Below, piece after piece: positions 1 through 11,705 of a stretch of DNA of 64,000 nucleotides. This DNA is from Mobula hypostoma (lineage: Eukaryota): positions 59,026,001 through 59,090,000 of the forward strand of contig NC_086108.1 in NCBI RefSeq assembly GCF_963921235.1, in the 5' to 3' direction. The position numbers and the translations under genes are program-made. The stretch's first letter is position 1. The number at the start of each line of letters is the position of its first letter. The notes beneath the pieces were generated by a model, which ran no database searches, was not told the DNA's origin, and worked only from the letters and a program-made list of their open reading frames with translations.

Positions 1-1645
1 TGTCTGTCCTTCTGCTTCCTCAACACTACCTGCACCTCCACCTATCTTTGCATAATCCACAAATTTGCCCACAAAGCAATCAATTCCATCATCCAAATTA
101 CTGACATATAATGTAAAAAGAAGTGGTCCTAACACAGACCCCGGTGGAACACTACTAGTCACTGGCAGCCAATCAGAAAAGGCTTCCTTTATTCCCACTC
201 CTGCCAATCAGCCAATGCTCTATCCATGCTACTCTTTCCTAAAATTTCCTGTAACTTTATAAGCAGCCTCATGTGTAGCACTTCGTCAAAGGCCTTCTGA
301 AAATCCAAGTACACCACACTCACTGATTCTCCTTTGACTATTCTGCTTGTTATTTCTTCAAAGAACTATAACAGATTTGTCAAGCAAGATTTTCCCTTAA
401 GGAAATCATACTGACTTCAGCTTATTTTATCATGTGCCTCCAAGTACCCTGAAGTCAAATCCTGACAATCAGCTCCAACATCTTCCTAACCATTGAGGTC
501 AGACTAACTGTCCTATAACTTCCCTTCTTGAAGATTGGAATAACATTTGCAATTTTCCAGAACCATTCCAGAATCTAGTGATTCTTGTAAGATCGTTACT
601 AATGCCTCCACAGTTTCTTCAGCCACCTCTTTCAGAAGCCTAGGATGTACACCAGGTGATTTATCTACCGTCAGACCTTTCAGTTTCCAAAGCACCTTCT
701 CCCTAGTAATAGCAACTGTACTCACTGGGCACCCTGACATTCCTGAACTTCCAGCACACTGACAGTGTCTTCCACAGTGAAGTCTGATGCAAAATACTTA
801 TTCAGTTCATCTGCCATTTCCTTATCTCCTATTACTACCTCTCCAGCATAATTTTCCTGCAGTCCAATATCTTCTCTTGCCTCTCTTTTACTCTTTATAT
901 GTCTGAAAAAGCTTAGGTATCCTCCTTAATATTATTGGCTAGTTTACCTCCATATTCCATCTTTTGTCTCTTTATGACTTTTTTAGTTGCCTTCTGTTGG
1001 CTTTTAAAAGCTTTCCAATCCTTTAACCCCATTAATTTTTGCTCTATATGCCCTACCTTTGGCTTTTATGCTGGCTTTAACTTCTCTTGTTACCCATGGT
1101 TGTGTCATCTTGCCTGCAGAGTAACATTATCCAAAATAGTATACTTATTACTGAGGGGAATGGCCACAGGGCTACTCTGTACTGGCTGTCCATTTCCCTT
1201 TCTTCTCCTGACAATCACCCAGTTATCTGCCTTCTGCAACCTAGGGGTGATTATCTCCCTGTAACTGCTATCTATAACTTCCTCAGTCTCCCATATGAGC
1301 AGAAGGTGATCAAGCTGCAGTGCTAGTTCCTTAACATGTTCTCTGAGGAGCTGCAGCTCAGTGCACCTAACTTTGGAGAACACAGCACAGACTCTGGAGC
1401 CGTATTCACTGCACTAACTCTGCCCCAACAGATGACAAATGAAGAAGCTTCCAAATCCTCTAACTTCCCATTAATTTTTGCTCTATTATATGCCCTCTCT
1501 CTGGCTTTTATGTTGGTTTTGACTTCTCTTGTTACCCACGATTGTGCCATCTTGTCTGTAGAGTAACATTATCCAAAATAGTATACTTATTATTAAGGGG
1601 AATGGCCACAGGGCTACTCTGTACTGGCTTCCCATTTTTCTTTCT
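1..1645 (-). mobile_element. CR1 LINE fragments (RT/tether plus ORF1 pieces), internally deleted and partly duplicated
   Basis: Minus-strand peptides KLKGLTVDKSPGVHPRLLKEVAEE (CR1 RT N-terminus), WVTREVKTNIKARERAY (tether) and CTELQLLREHVKEL...PVAIPLSNKYTILD (ORF1). Same family as the copy at 44290-47180. Confidence 0.85.
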
Positions 1646-1659
1646 CACCCAAGCCTGAT

Positions 1660-1707
<48 letters not shown>
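1660..1707. repeat. (GAACCA)8 microsatellite
   Basis: Eight perfect hexamer units read directly. Confidence 0.95.
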
Positions 1708-2019
1708 AAGCCTCCCCAGTCTAACTTTGGCCCACCCACACAATGGCTACTCTGCATGCTCCTGCCTTATTTTTATTTGCCTTTCTTAATGAATCTCATT
1801 CACTGGTTGGACGCAGTTCAAACCCTAAAAACTGCTGCAAAGCACTGGGTGTGAGAAGGATAATAAATCAATTATGATGGAATGACAGAACAGACTCAAT
1901 GTGTTGAATGGCCTAATTTGCTCCTACGTCTTATAGTTTTATGGTCAGCAGATCAGGGACTCCGAGATGTTTCGATAGATTCCAGTGCAGTTTACTGATC
2001 GTTTGGAAAGTCACCCTGT

Positions 2020-3350
2020 GCTTATAGAATTAGGCAAATCTAACATAGATTTATGAATGGGAAATTATATTTTTCAAGCCCCCTTAGTTTTTTGAGGATG
2101 AATCTGGTCGAACTGTTAAGTGAAAACCAATGGATGTGATGAGTTGGAATTTTCAGAAGTCTCACATACCAAGTCAGTGTACAAACTTAAAGATTGAAAA
2201 TTGATCACAGAATTCAGAGAGTGGGTTTAAGTGGGTTTCTTTTGGAGTGGCAGGTGTTCCAGTAGGATACTGCAGGGATCAGAACATGATCCCTGTATTT
2301 CATAATATCAATGATTTTGCTGATGAAAATAATGTATACAGCATTTTAAAGTTTGTTGACAACACAGGACTGGATAGGGCTGAGTTCAGGAAGATGCAAG
2401 GAGGCTCTAAGGTGATTTAGACAAATTGAGCCTGTGAGCCAAATATAGAGGGTACAATATAACAGGCATCATGCCAGTTAATCACATTTGCACTTTCATT
2501 ATTGCTAGCATGTCATTCCTGTAGTGTAGCAGCCAGAACTGTAAAGAAAAGTCCAAGTGTGTCCTGGCCAATGTTTTGTACAACTGCAACATGACATCCC
2601 AGCTATTATATTCAATGTCTCTATGCCTATGAAAGCAAACATGCTGATTTGCTTATGCACTATATGATCCACCTACAGTGTACTTTTCAAGGAGATCTAA
2701 ACCTGCACCTCAAGGTCCCTCTGTAATTCAGCACTCCTGAGCGTCATGCATTTAGTAAGGCAAATTGTATGTATGTTTATGTTTACTGCAAGAAATTTTG
2801 AGTACAGTCTGTCTCTGTGCAAGTATACCCTATGCTATTGTGAGACCACAACTTGTGTGTTGTGTACAACTTTGGTCTCCCTGCCTAGAAAAAATTGTAT
2901 TGCCACAGATGGAATGAAATGGTTTGCTGTTCCCAGGGTGGAAAAACTGTCGTCTCATTAGACCGGTATTCATTAGAGTTTAGAAGAATGAGGAGTGATC
3001 GATTTGAAGTTCTGACAGGTCTAGGCAGACAGGAAGCAGTAAGGATGTTTTCCCTGGCTGGGAATCTAGAACCAGGGTTCATGATAGGGAAAAGGCATTT
3101 TGGAATGAAAAATGAAGAATTGTTTTCATTCAGCACAAGGTGAAACTGTGGAACTCTCCATACATAAATCAGTAGAGTCAAAGGCACTGAATATATATAA
3201 GGAGTGAGATATACTGTATTTCCAGCAGAGAGTATGGGGAAGGAGCAGGAATATGGTATTGAGACAGAGGATTGACCATGATTTTACTGAATGGTATAGC
3301 AGGCTAGAAAGGGCAAATAGCTTATTCCATCTCCTGGTTCTCTGCATTTC
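2020..3350. mobile_element. Cluster of old CR1 fragments (plus about 2020-2470, minus about 2500-2750, plus 3' end about 2770-3350)
   Basis: Degenerate RT and 3' motifs such as YSLEFRRMRSD and a CR1-like 3' UTR tail. Confidence 0.6.
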
Positions 3351-3914
3351 TATGCCAGGAAAGGTGGACTAGACACAAATAAAGCATGAACTGGTTGGGC
3401 TGAATGTCTTATTTCTGTGATGTAAGTCTTTGTATAATGCCCTGATATTCAACATAGTATATCATTGATCAAACACATTCATTAGCATGACATTTCTAGT
3501 TCCAGCAGCACTGAAATAGCCATGCTCCATACGGTACTCACTCATCTCTGTCTGTATGAATTAAATTAAATTTACATCGAACCACACTGCACTTTATTTA
3601 TTTAAAGGTACCACGTAAGGAAGGCATAGTACATCATTAATGAAGAAAAATCTCTGAGACTTGAATTGCAGATTTAATAATATTAATAATACTAATCTTA
3701 CTACATCATTTTTCATTAACCTTCCATCTAAAACCATTGCCTGTGGGTCTTTTTAAATGGATACGGAGTGAGCAGATGTTAAACCATGGAAAGAGACGTG
3801 AAGAAGATTGAAAGGATGGGCTTTGCGATGATTGTAAATGGGAGAGGAGTGGCGAGGTGAGGGGCTCAGTGATCTTCATCATACCATGGCAGCTGAAGGC
3901 TCCTCTACCAACAA

Positions 3915-5200
3915 TAGGAAGAACATATGAGTTAGGACCAGAGAACAGTCCACTCAGATCTTCAGGACTGCTCCTGCATTCAATAAATCTTGGCCAATCT
4001 GAGGGTAATATTAACTTCACCCACTTCCAATAAACATTAACCTCCTTGCCTATCATGGATTTATTTTCTCTGCAATAACTGCTTCTGCCACCCTATGAAA
4101 CATTCTAAAGATTCACAATGCTCTGAGAACAAATTCTACTTCTCTTTCTTATATGAATGACCTATTTTATTTTTAAGTGGGGGTCACTAATTCTATATAT
4201 TCCCTTCAGAAGAAACAGACTCTCCACATCCAATGTTGAAACCTCTTAGGAACTTATATATTTTAATCAAGTTGCCTTTCTTGCAAACTCAGTGAATACA
4301 ACCTGAACCTCACTAAAGGATCCATGCATTGTAGGCATTAATCTGATATACTATTTCTGAATTGCTTCCAGTACTTAAATCATTCCTTAAATAAAGAAAC
4401 TAATGATGAACAGTACTTTAAATCTAGTCTCATTAACACTCAATATAATTGATATATACCCTCAAATATAGCTGTATTCAATTCCCCTGGGAACATTTAT
4501 GTTGATTCTTCTTGCTGTTACAGTAATCATGTCGTGGGATACCCACATCTCTCTGTCTCTCATGATTTAGATAAAACTGCTTCTTTATTTGCAAAAGTGG
4601 ACAATCCCATGTTTTACCATATTAAATTCCATTTGATCCCTTGTTCAGCCCATGTACAGTACATTCCTTTCTTATATCATCTTTGCAACTTAGTTTCCTG
4701 CCTACCTTCATGTCACCACCAAAGGTAGCAACTATAGGTTTGGTGCCTTTAGCCAAGTAATTTATATACATATACTGTACATTATATATGTAAGATGTTG
4801 AGACCCCAGCACCAGTCTCTGTGGCATATTAATTATAATGTCTGACACCACTTAGGAGAACACATTTATTTCTGCTCTTTTTCCTGTTGCCCAACCAAAA
4901 TTTCATCCATACCAATAGGTTACTTACTGCGGTGTAAGCATTTCATTTCTGCAATAGCATTTGATTCTAATAAGATGGTCAAGCACAATTTCCCATTCAT
5001 GAAAACATGTTACCCTTTCTGGTTCACCTTGAATTTTTCCAACTACTTTGCTCTAACACCTCTAGTAATAGTTTCTAACAATTTCCCTGCAACACATGGT
5101 AAGCTAACATGTTGTGCTAACTGTCCTGCTTTCTGTCTCCCTCCCTTTATGAATAGAAGAGTTCTAATTGCTCTATTCCAGTTGAGTGGAATACCAATGG
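3915..5200 (-). mobile_element. Highly degenerate CR1 LINE
   Basis: Reverse-strand similarity to CR1 RT (KGGRQKAG...VSLPCVAGKLLETI) and to the 3' tail near 3915-3990. Confidence 0.55.
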
Positions 5201-5259
5201 GATTCAAATCTAGCTCAGTAATACGACACAGATCATCTTGCTGCAGGCCTGCTATTGTG

Positions 5260-6190
5260 ATGAGAAGTCTGCAACCAGGGGTGTGCCAAGAGACCAGGAG
5301 CCGGGACCCTTGTTGTTTATCAATATACATTAAAAAACTTAAATCTGAATGCAGCAGGTATGATAAGTAAGTTTGCAGATGACACAAAATTTTGTGGCAT
5401 TGTTGCTATTAGGAGGGCAGTCAGGCTAGAGAATAATATTGATCAGTTTGCAAGTTTGGTTGGGAAATGGCAGATAGAATTTAATCCTGACGAGGGTGAG
5501 GTGATAATTTAGGGGGGTTGGGTAGTCTAGTAAGAGAAATATACAATGAATTTAGGGCTGGAGTATTGAGGAAGAGAGGGACCTTAGTGTCCAAGTTGAA
5601 GGTGACAGCAAGGGTAGATAGGTTGGTGAAGAATGCATATGGGATGCTCAGCTTCATTAACTGGGGCATAGAGTACAAGGAAGCGAAAACTTGGCACAAC
5701 TTTATCAAATATTAGATCACAGCTGGAATATTTTGCACAGTTCTGGTCTCTACATAATAGGCAATATGTGATTGGACTGAAGAGGATGCAGGAGAAATCC
5801 AGCAGAACTTTGTTTAGGTGGAATATTTCAGTTAAGAGGAGAGACTTTATATGTTATTTTTTTTTTGGCTTGGAGTAGTAGAGGCCAAAGTGGAACCCGA
5901 TAAACTGTACAAAATGACAAGAGGCTTAGATAGGAAACTTTTCACCACGGCAGATGTGTCTAGTTGCAAGGACATAAGTCTAAGGTGAAGATTAAGAAAT
6001 TTAGGAGAGACCTGAAGAAAAATATTTTCAAATGAAAGAAGTCTACAATCTGGAGCACACTGTCTGAGGTGGTGGTAATAAAAGATACTCTCATAATGAT
6101 TAAGGAGTACCTACAAAAACATTTGCATTGCCAAGCTACAGCAGGCTATGGGATGAGTACAGATAGGCACTTGATAATTGACATGAGCCC
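5260..6190 (+). mobile_element. Degenerate CR1 LINE 3' half
   Basis: KFADDTK motif (aagtttgcagatgacacaaaa, about 5369) and VDRLVKNAYGMLSFINWGIEYK. Confidence 0.75.
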
Positions 6191-6570
6191 TTTCTTAAAT
6201 CTCTTCAGAAACAATGGTTAGAGTGGTACAAGCAGTGGGAGATACAAGACGGCAAGTTTTTAGAGAAGATCTTACACGGCTCAGTAGGCACCAAGGGATG
6301 TACAGTGAGAGGCTGTAATATTATTCAGATTGACAGCAGAAAGAAAGCTGCACAGAGGAACAGTCAAGAAATGACATGAAGAAGTGTAATAGGAAAGGAG
6401 ACTAGATAGAGGAAAAGTAGATCAGGAGAAAGAAGAGCAAAACTTTGGCTTGGAAGTGAGAATCAGTGAAGCAGGTGGTCAAAGTGTGCACATGAATTAA
6501 CATCAATGATGCCAAGAACAATATACTGAGCCTAATGGTGCAGAGAGATATTTTGATTTTTGGGCTAGAG

Positions 6571-7795
6571 CAGGGGTCCCCAACCTTTATTGCACTGTGG
6601 ACCGGTTTAATATTGACAATATTCTTGCGGACCGGCCAACCCGGTGGGGGGTAGGGTTGCCAACGGACAAGAGTGGCAGTCAAATACGTTGTGTTTACCC
6701 AGAGAAAGACTACAATGTCCATGAAGCCTTGTGCGGGCACCAGTGTGCATGCGTGACCTGCACGTGCATGCGCCTGCCGATTTTTTTTCTGCAAATTGTT
6801 TTTGCCGACTCTGTTCAGGGTGGGGGGGGGGTTAATCACGAACGGAATATCGGTGATAAGTGGCTAATACACTCAATTTCGTCTCTAAAAGGGTTTATCT
6901 AATGAATTTAATATTAAAACACACACCGCATATTTTCCTCGCATGAATACAGTGATAAGTCAGTTATCAGGGGAGGTCAGGGGAGCTTGAAGTAAGTGTT
7001 GAACGAACTTCCAGTAGAAGTGGCAGAAGCAGGTTCAATATTATCATTTAAAGAAAAATTGGATAGGTATATGGACAGGAAAGGAATGCAGGGTTATGGG
7101 CTGAGTACAGGTCGGTGGTCTAGGTGAGAGTAATGTTTGGCACGGACTAGGAGGGCCGAGATGGCCTGTTTCCATGCTGTAATTGTTATATGGTTATATA
7201 AGTCAATAGCATCATAACATTTTAAGTAAAGTTTGGATATTAAACACACAGCACATATTTTCCTCGTATGAGCATATAAAATCATTGCAACACACCAATG
7301 TCGCTGAATCAGTGGGAGCCCTGTGCTTGTTTCCCTGCAACAACACGATCCTATTGAGGGTTGATGGGAGACAGTGATACTCGAAGGGGGTTCCTTATGT
7401 CCAGTTTATTCCGCAATTTTAGTTTTCGTTGCATTCATTGCAGAAAACTCCGCTTCGCAGAAATATGTTGGAAGCAATGTTTTCAGTGCTTTTGTGGCTA
7501 CCTCAGGATATTTAGCCTTGACTTTGATCCAGAATGCCGGGAGAGATGTTATGTCAAACATACTTTTCAGCCCGTCGTCATTTGCAAGCTCGAGGAGTTG
7601 ATCTTCTTCCCGTGTTGACATGGATGACGCACGGGTAATGACCTCGCATGCGTAATGGCTCAACGGTGGGCGTGACAGGGAATGAGGATAGGTGCAGCGG
7701 ACTCATATCGCCAAATCATATCGTTGCCTCGCGGCCTGGTAGCGCATGCTTTGCGGACCGCTACCGGTCCGCGGCCCGGTGGTTAGGGACCGCTG
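6571..7795 (-). mobile_element. Non-autonomous hAT (Buster/Charlie-type) DNA transposon
   Basis: TIRs CAGGGGTCCCCAACC and CAGCGGTCCCTAACC (reverse complement of the right end). Perfect 8-bp TSD GGCTAGAG at 6563-6570 and 7796-7803 with central TA. Minus-strand remnant of the transposase C-terminal dimerisation region (SLPAFWIKVKAKYPEVATKALKTLLPTYFCEAEFSAM, 7406-7663). Confidence 0.92.
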
Positions 7796-8730
7796 GGCTA
7801 GAGGTTTCAACGAGACTAAATTTCATTTCACTGGCATCTGAGTGATGTATCACACTTCGAAGTGTGCTGGTTGTTCACATGAATAACTAGTTCTGTGACC
7901 GGTTTATCCCTAGAAAACATTCTCAGTGGACACAGATTCTGGCATATCGATCGGTAATTAATTAGTACCTTGGAACTAAGAGCCTATTCAGACGGTTCAG
8001 CAAAGAAGCCTATTACATCAGTCAGCCTAGAACTAACATTAGCAAGGCCTTGGCGTGGTGTTGTCTCCTCTTCGTAATTTAAACACAGCCATATGAAATA
8101 TAGGTGAAAGAGGGGTGTTACAGTATTTATCTAAATAATTAAAAGTTACTAATTATAATTTTTAGCTTGTCTGAGTAACTCCTCTGAACTTGAATGAAAA
8201 ATGGCTAAAATAGTCATTATAATTAGCTCCATTATAATTAGGAAAGGTGGAATAGGTTAGGACATTATTCCCTGGAGCGTAGGAGAATGAGGGGGGATTT
8301 AATTGAGATATACAAAATTATTAAATAATTAATTTAATTAGTAAATTAAATAGTAGTTAACTGGAAACTGGTTATGCCAAAAGCCTGAAATTAAAAACCC
8401 AAACTTCCAAGAATACACAGCAGATCAGGCAGCACCTAGGGAGAGAGAAAGAAAAAGAACCAGTTCTCTTTCTGTATGCCAGCATAGGGTCATTTCAACA
8501 ATGCTGGGCTACCTTTCTCAACATAGCTTCTTGGGATCAGAAGGAATAACCTCAGGAAAGAGAGCAAGGTACATCACTGTGGAAGGGTGAGATGCAGGAG
8601 GCTTTCAAGAATGCGGATGGCTGGGTTGTAAGATCTTGGGAGTGACAACAAGATAAGCAAATTTTTATGCAACACACATAAAAGTTGCTGGTGAACGCAG
8701 CAGGCCAGGCAGCATCTCTAGAAGAGGCGC

Positions 8731-8765
8731 AGTCGACGTTTCAGGCCGAGACCCTTCGTCAGGAC
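8731..8765 (-). ncRNA. Minimal type I hammerhead ribozyme motif
   Basis: Minus strand gtc-CTGACGA-agggtctcggcct-GAAA-cGTC-gac: catalytic core, stem II, palindromic ACGT minimal stem III, GUC cleavage triplet and a short stem I (gtc/gac). Confidence 0.7.
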
Positions 8766-9306
8766 ATGGCGATTGCAGGCGTGAATCCGACAGAGGATGA
8801 AATAACGGGTAGGACCATTACAGACGGCGAAGAAAGTGTCCCAAAGGTGTGGAAGGGTCTGGGATAGGGACACCAAGTACCTCCTCATGGTGGAGAGAGT
8901 CGCCTTCAGAGCTTGACGGGAGAAGTGGCGAGAGGCAGAGTCAATAAAATGTGAGTACCTGGGATCCTCAGAAGGTCCAAATTGAGAGGCTTGGAAATGA
9001 ATCCTAAAGCCAACTGGAGTAAGTTGGCGATGGAGGCACGTTCCAGGAAAGGATATATGGCTGTGATAGCGAGTCTGAGTCAAAGTGTGGTCGAAAAGTT
9101 GAAGAGCCGAAGAAATTACAGATGGGGAGCAGTGAGAGATGGTTTCACTGAACTCCCGTCGAAGAGAGGATCTAAACTTCTTCGGTGTAGGCATCACCGG
9201 AAGAGGCTTCGCAGTAGTGAATTCTGCAGATGCTGGAAATTCAAGCAACACACATAAAAGTTGCTGGTGAATGCAGCAGGCCAGGCAGCATCTCTAGAAG
9301 AGGTGC

Positions 9307-9341
9307 AGTCAACGTTTCAGGCTGAGACCCTTCGTCAGGAC
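9307..9341 (-). ncRNA. Minimal type I hammerhead ribozyme motif
   Basis: Minus strand gtc-CTGACGA-agggtctcagcct-GAAA-cGTT-gac. Confidence 0.65.
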
Positions 9342-9449
9342 ATTTTTATGTCTAGAGGGGTACAGCCCTGATCAAAGGAGTGGGCCAGATCTTAGTAAAA
9401 AAAAAAGAACAGTCTTAAAAATACCATTAATAATCTAATCTTTTGAGTT

Positions 9450-9650
9450 TACTGCAACACACAGAAAATGGTGGAGGAACTCAGCAAGTCAGGCAGCATC
9501 TCTGCAACTCAGCAAAGAAATGGGCAGAAGCAGAATAAGAAGCTGGGAGGAAGGGGGTGCAGTTGAAAGAGCAAAGAAATTACCGGAAGTTAGAGAAATT
9601 GATGTTCATGCCATTAGGTTAGAGACCACCCATATGAAAAATGAGATGTT
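9450..9650 (-). mobile_element. Penelope 3'-end fragment
   Basis: caacacacagaaaatggtggaggaactcagcaagtcaggcagcatc terminal motif, plus the reverse complement of the post-GIY-YIG region seen at about 10960-11020. Confidence 0.6.
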
Positions 9651-10199
9651 CAAGAGCTTTTTTAGATAGGCACAGGAATATACAAGACATGGAAGGATAT
9701 CAACATTGTGGAGGCAGAAGGGATTAGTTTAGTACAGCATTTGATTACTAAGTTATTCAGTTCAGCACAACCTTGTGGGCTGAAGGGCCTATTTCTGTGC
9801 TGTACTGTTCATATGTTCCCATTAAAAACAGAAGTATGTTTCAAGGTGACTATTGTGTCAGATTGTGTCGTGCCTGAGCATGTGTCCAACTCCCAACAGG
9901 CTATATTTATCTTTCGTGGTCCCTAGGAGCTCTTGGACAAGATGTCTGAACACTTCATTAAAGGAGAGTAGCTTTGAACATAGCAATGAGATCTCCAGCT
10001 GAGAAACTGATCTCTCCCAGCCCCAAACTCAGAACAGCTTGATGGCCTTTAGAAGCCTGCTGTAGCCAAAAGCATGTTTTCATTGTTTTTAAATGCCTCA
10101 GCTATACCAAGGCAATTGAAAACAGATCAAAGTGATTTAAATAATTTAACAAATAAAATTGTTTTTAGAAATCATGAAAAATAAAAATATTTAGCTTAA

Positions 10200-11705
10200 A
10201 ATGCATCCCCTTCTCTCAATTTCTCACCTCCGCCACTTTACTTGCAAAAATGCCACCCCCCCAATTCTTCTGTTTCCGCCGCGTCTGCATGATGAGTCTT
10301 TTCATTCCAGAATGAAAGAGAGGTCCTCCTTTTTCAAGGAAAGGGTCTTCCCTTCCTGCACCATCAATGTTGCCCTCAACTGCATCTGTTCCATTTAACA
10401 CAAGTCTGCCCTCACCCCATCTTTCTGCCACCCTACCGGGGATAAGAGTCCTCTTGTCCTCACCTACCACCCCACCAGCCTCCACGTCCAGCACATTTCC
10501 AACAGGATCCCACCACCAAGCACATCTTCCCCCCCACCCCCACCACACTTTCTGTTTTCTGCAGGGATCACTTCCTACTTGACTCCCTTGTCCATTTGTT
10601 CCTCTCCACTGATCTCCCTCCTAGCACTTATCCTTGCAAACGGAACAAGTTCTACACCTGGCCCTACACCCCCTCCTTCACTACCATTCAGGGCCTCAAA
10701 CAGACTTTCCAGGTGAGGCAACACTTCACCTGCGAGTCTGCTGGGGTCATGTACTGTGCCTGGTGCTCCTAGTGTGGCCTCCTGTATATCAGAGAGACCC
10801 AATGTAGATTGGGAGATCTACGCTTCATCCGCCAGAAGAAGTAAGATCTCCTGGTGGCCACCCATTTGAATTCCACTTCCCATTCCCATTCCAATATGTC
10901 TATCCATGGCCTCTTCTACTGCCACGATGAGGCCACTCTCAAGTTGGAGGAACAACACCTTATAATCTATCTGGATAGCCTACAACCTGATGGCATGAAC
11001 ATTAATTTCTTGAGCTTCCGGTAATGCCTCCCTTCACCATTCCCTATACCCTTTTCCCTTTCTCATCTCCCTTTGGTGCTTCTCCCCCTTTTCCTTCTTC
11101 CATGGCCTTCTGTCCTCTCCCATTAGTTTTCCCCTTCTCCAGCCCTGTATCTCCTTCACAATGAACTCCCCAGCTCTTTACTCACTCCTCCCCCTCCTAG
11201 TTTCACCTATCACCTTGTCTTTCTCCCTCCCCTCCCACCACCTTTTAAATCCACTCCCCATCTTTTTTTCTCCAGTCTTGCTGAAAGGTCTCAGCCCAAA
11301 AAGTGACCGGTTGCAAATGGTGAGGGAGTCTAGGAGAAGAGGGCACAGCCTCAGGATAGAGGGGCATCCATTTAAAACAGAGATGTGAAGAAATTTCTTT
11401 AGCCAGGGGGTGGTGAAATTGTGGAATTTATTACCACAGGCAGCTGTGGAGGCCAGGTTGTTGGGTATATTTAAGGCAGAGCGTGATAGGTTCTTGATTG
11501 GACATGGCATCAAAGGTCACAGGGAGAAGGCGGGGGGGGGATGGGGCTGAGGAGGGGAATAATGGATCAATCATGATTGAATGGCAGAGCAGATTTGACA
11601 GACCATGTGTCTTATGGTCTTATGGTGTTATGGAAATGTCAACTGTACTCTTTTACATAGATGCTGCCTGGCCTTGCTGAGTTCCACCAGCATTTTGTGT
11701 ATGTA
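10200..11705 (+). mobile_element. Penelope-like element (Neptune-type), 5'-truncated, with degenerate GIY-YIG endonuclease; interrupted by a CR1 tail
   Basis: QVRQHFTCESAGVMYCAWCS*CGLLYIRET (about 10710-10800) is the GIY-YIG/CxxC motif of PLEs. It is followed by a pyrimidine-rich UTR and a terminal repeat with a decayed hammerhead, split between about 11300 and 11633. Confidence 0.85.
11315..11630 (+). mobile_element. CR1 3'-end insertion nested in the Penelope terminal repeat
   Basis: MVRESRRRGHSLRIEGHPFKTEM and a (tcttatgg)n tail. Confidence 0.85.

Larger units (their letters stand above)
8670..9341 (-). mobile_element. Short Penelope-derived element: two 96-bp direct terminal repeats, each with a hammerhead motif, around the probable N-terminal part of a Penelope ORF
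   Basis: Direct repeats 8670-8765 and 9246-9341 (92/96 identical). 9-bp TSD ATTTTTATG at 8661-8669 and 9342-9350. Uninterrupted minus ORF 8718-9251. The repeats belong to the same family as the 3' terminus of the GIY-YIG element at 10200-11705. Confidence 0.85.

Noticed and set aside
1660..1707. Glu-Pro repeat coding exon
   Set aside because: No splice context or extended ORF; simple microsatellite next to CR1 debris.
8670..9341. CRISPR array or true LTR/TRIM element
   Set aside because: Only two long repeats in a eukaryotic context, no TG...CA termini, PBS or PPT, and a 9-bp TSD; the repeats match Penelope termini.
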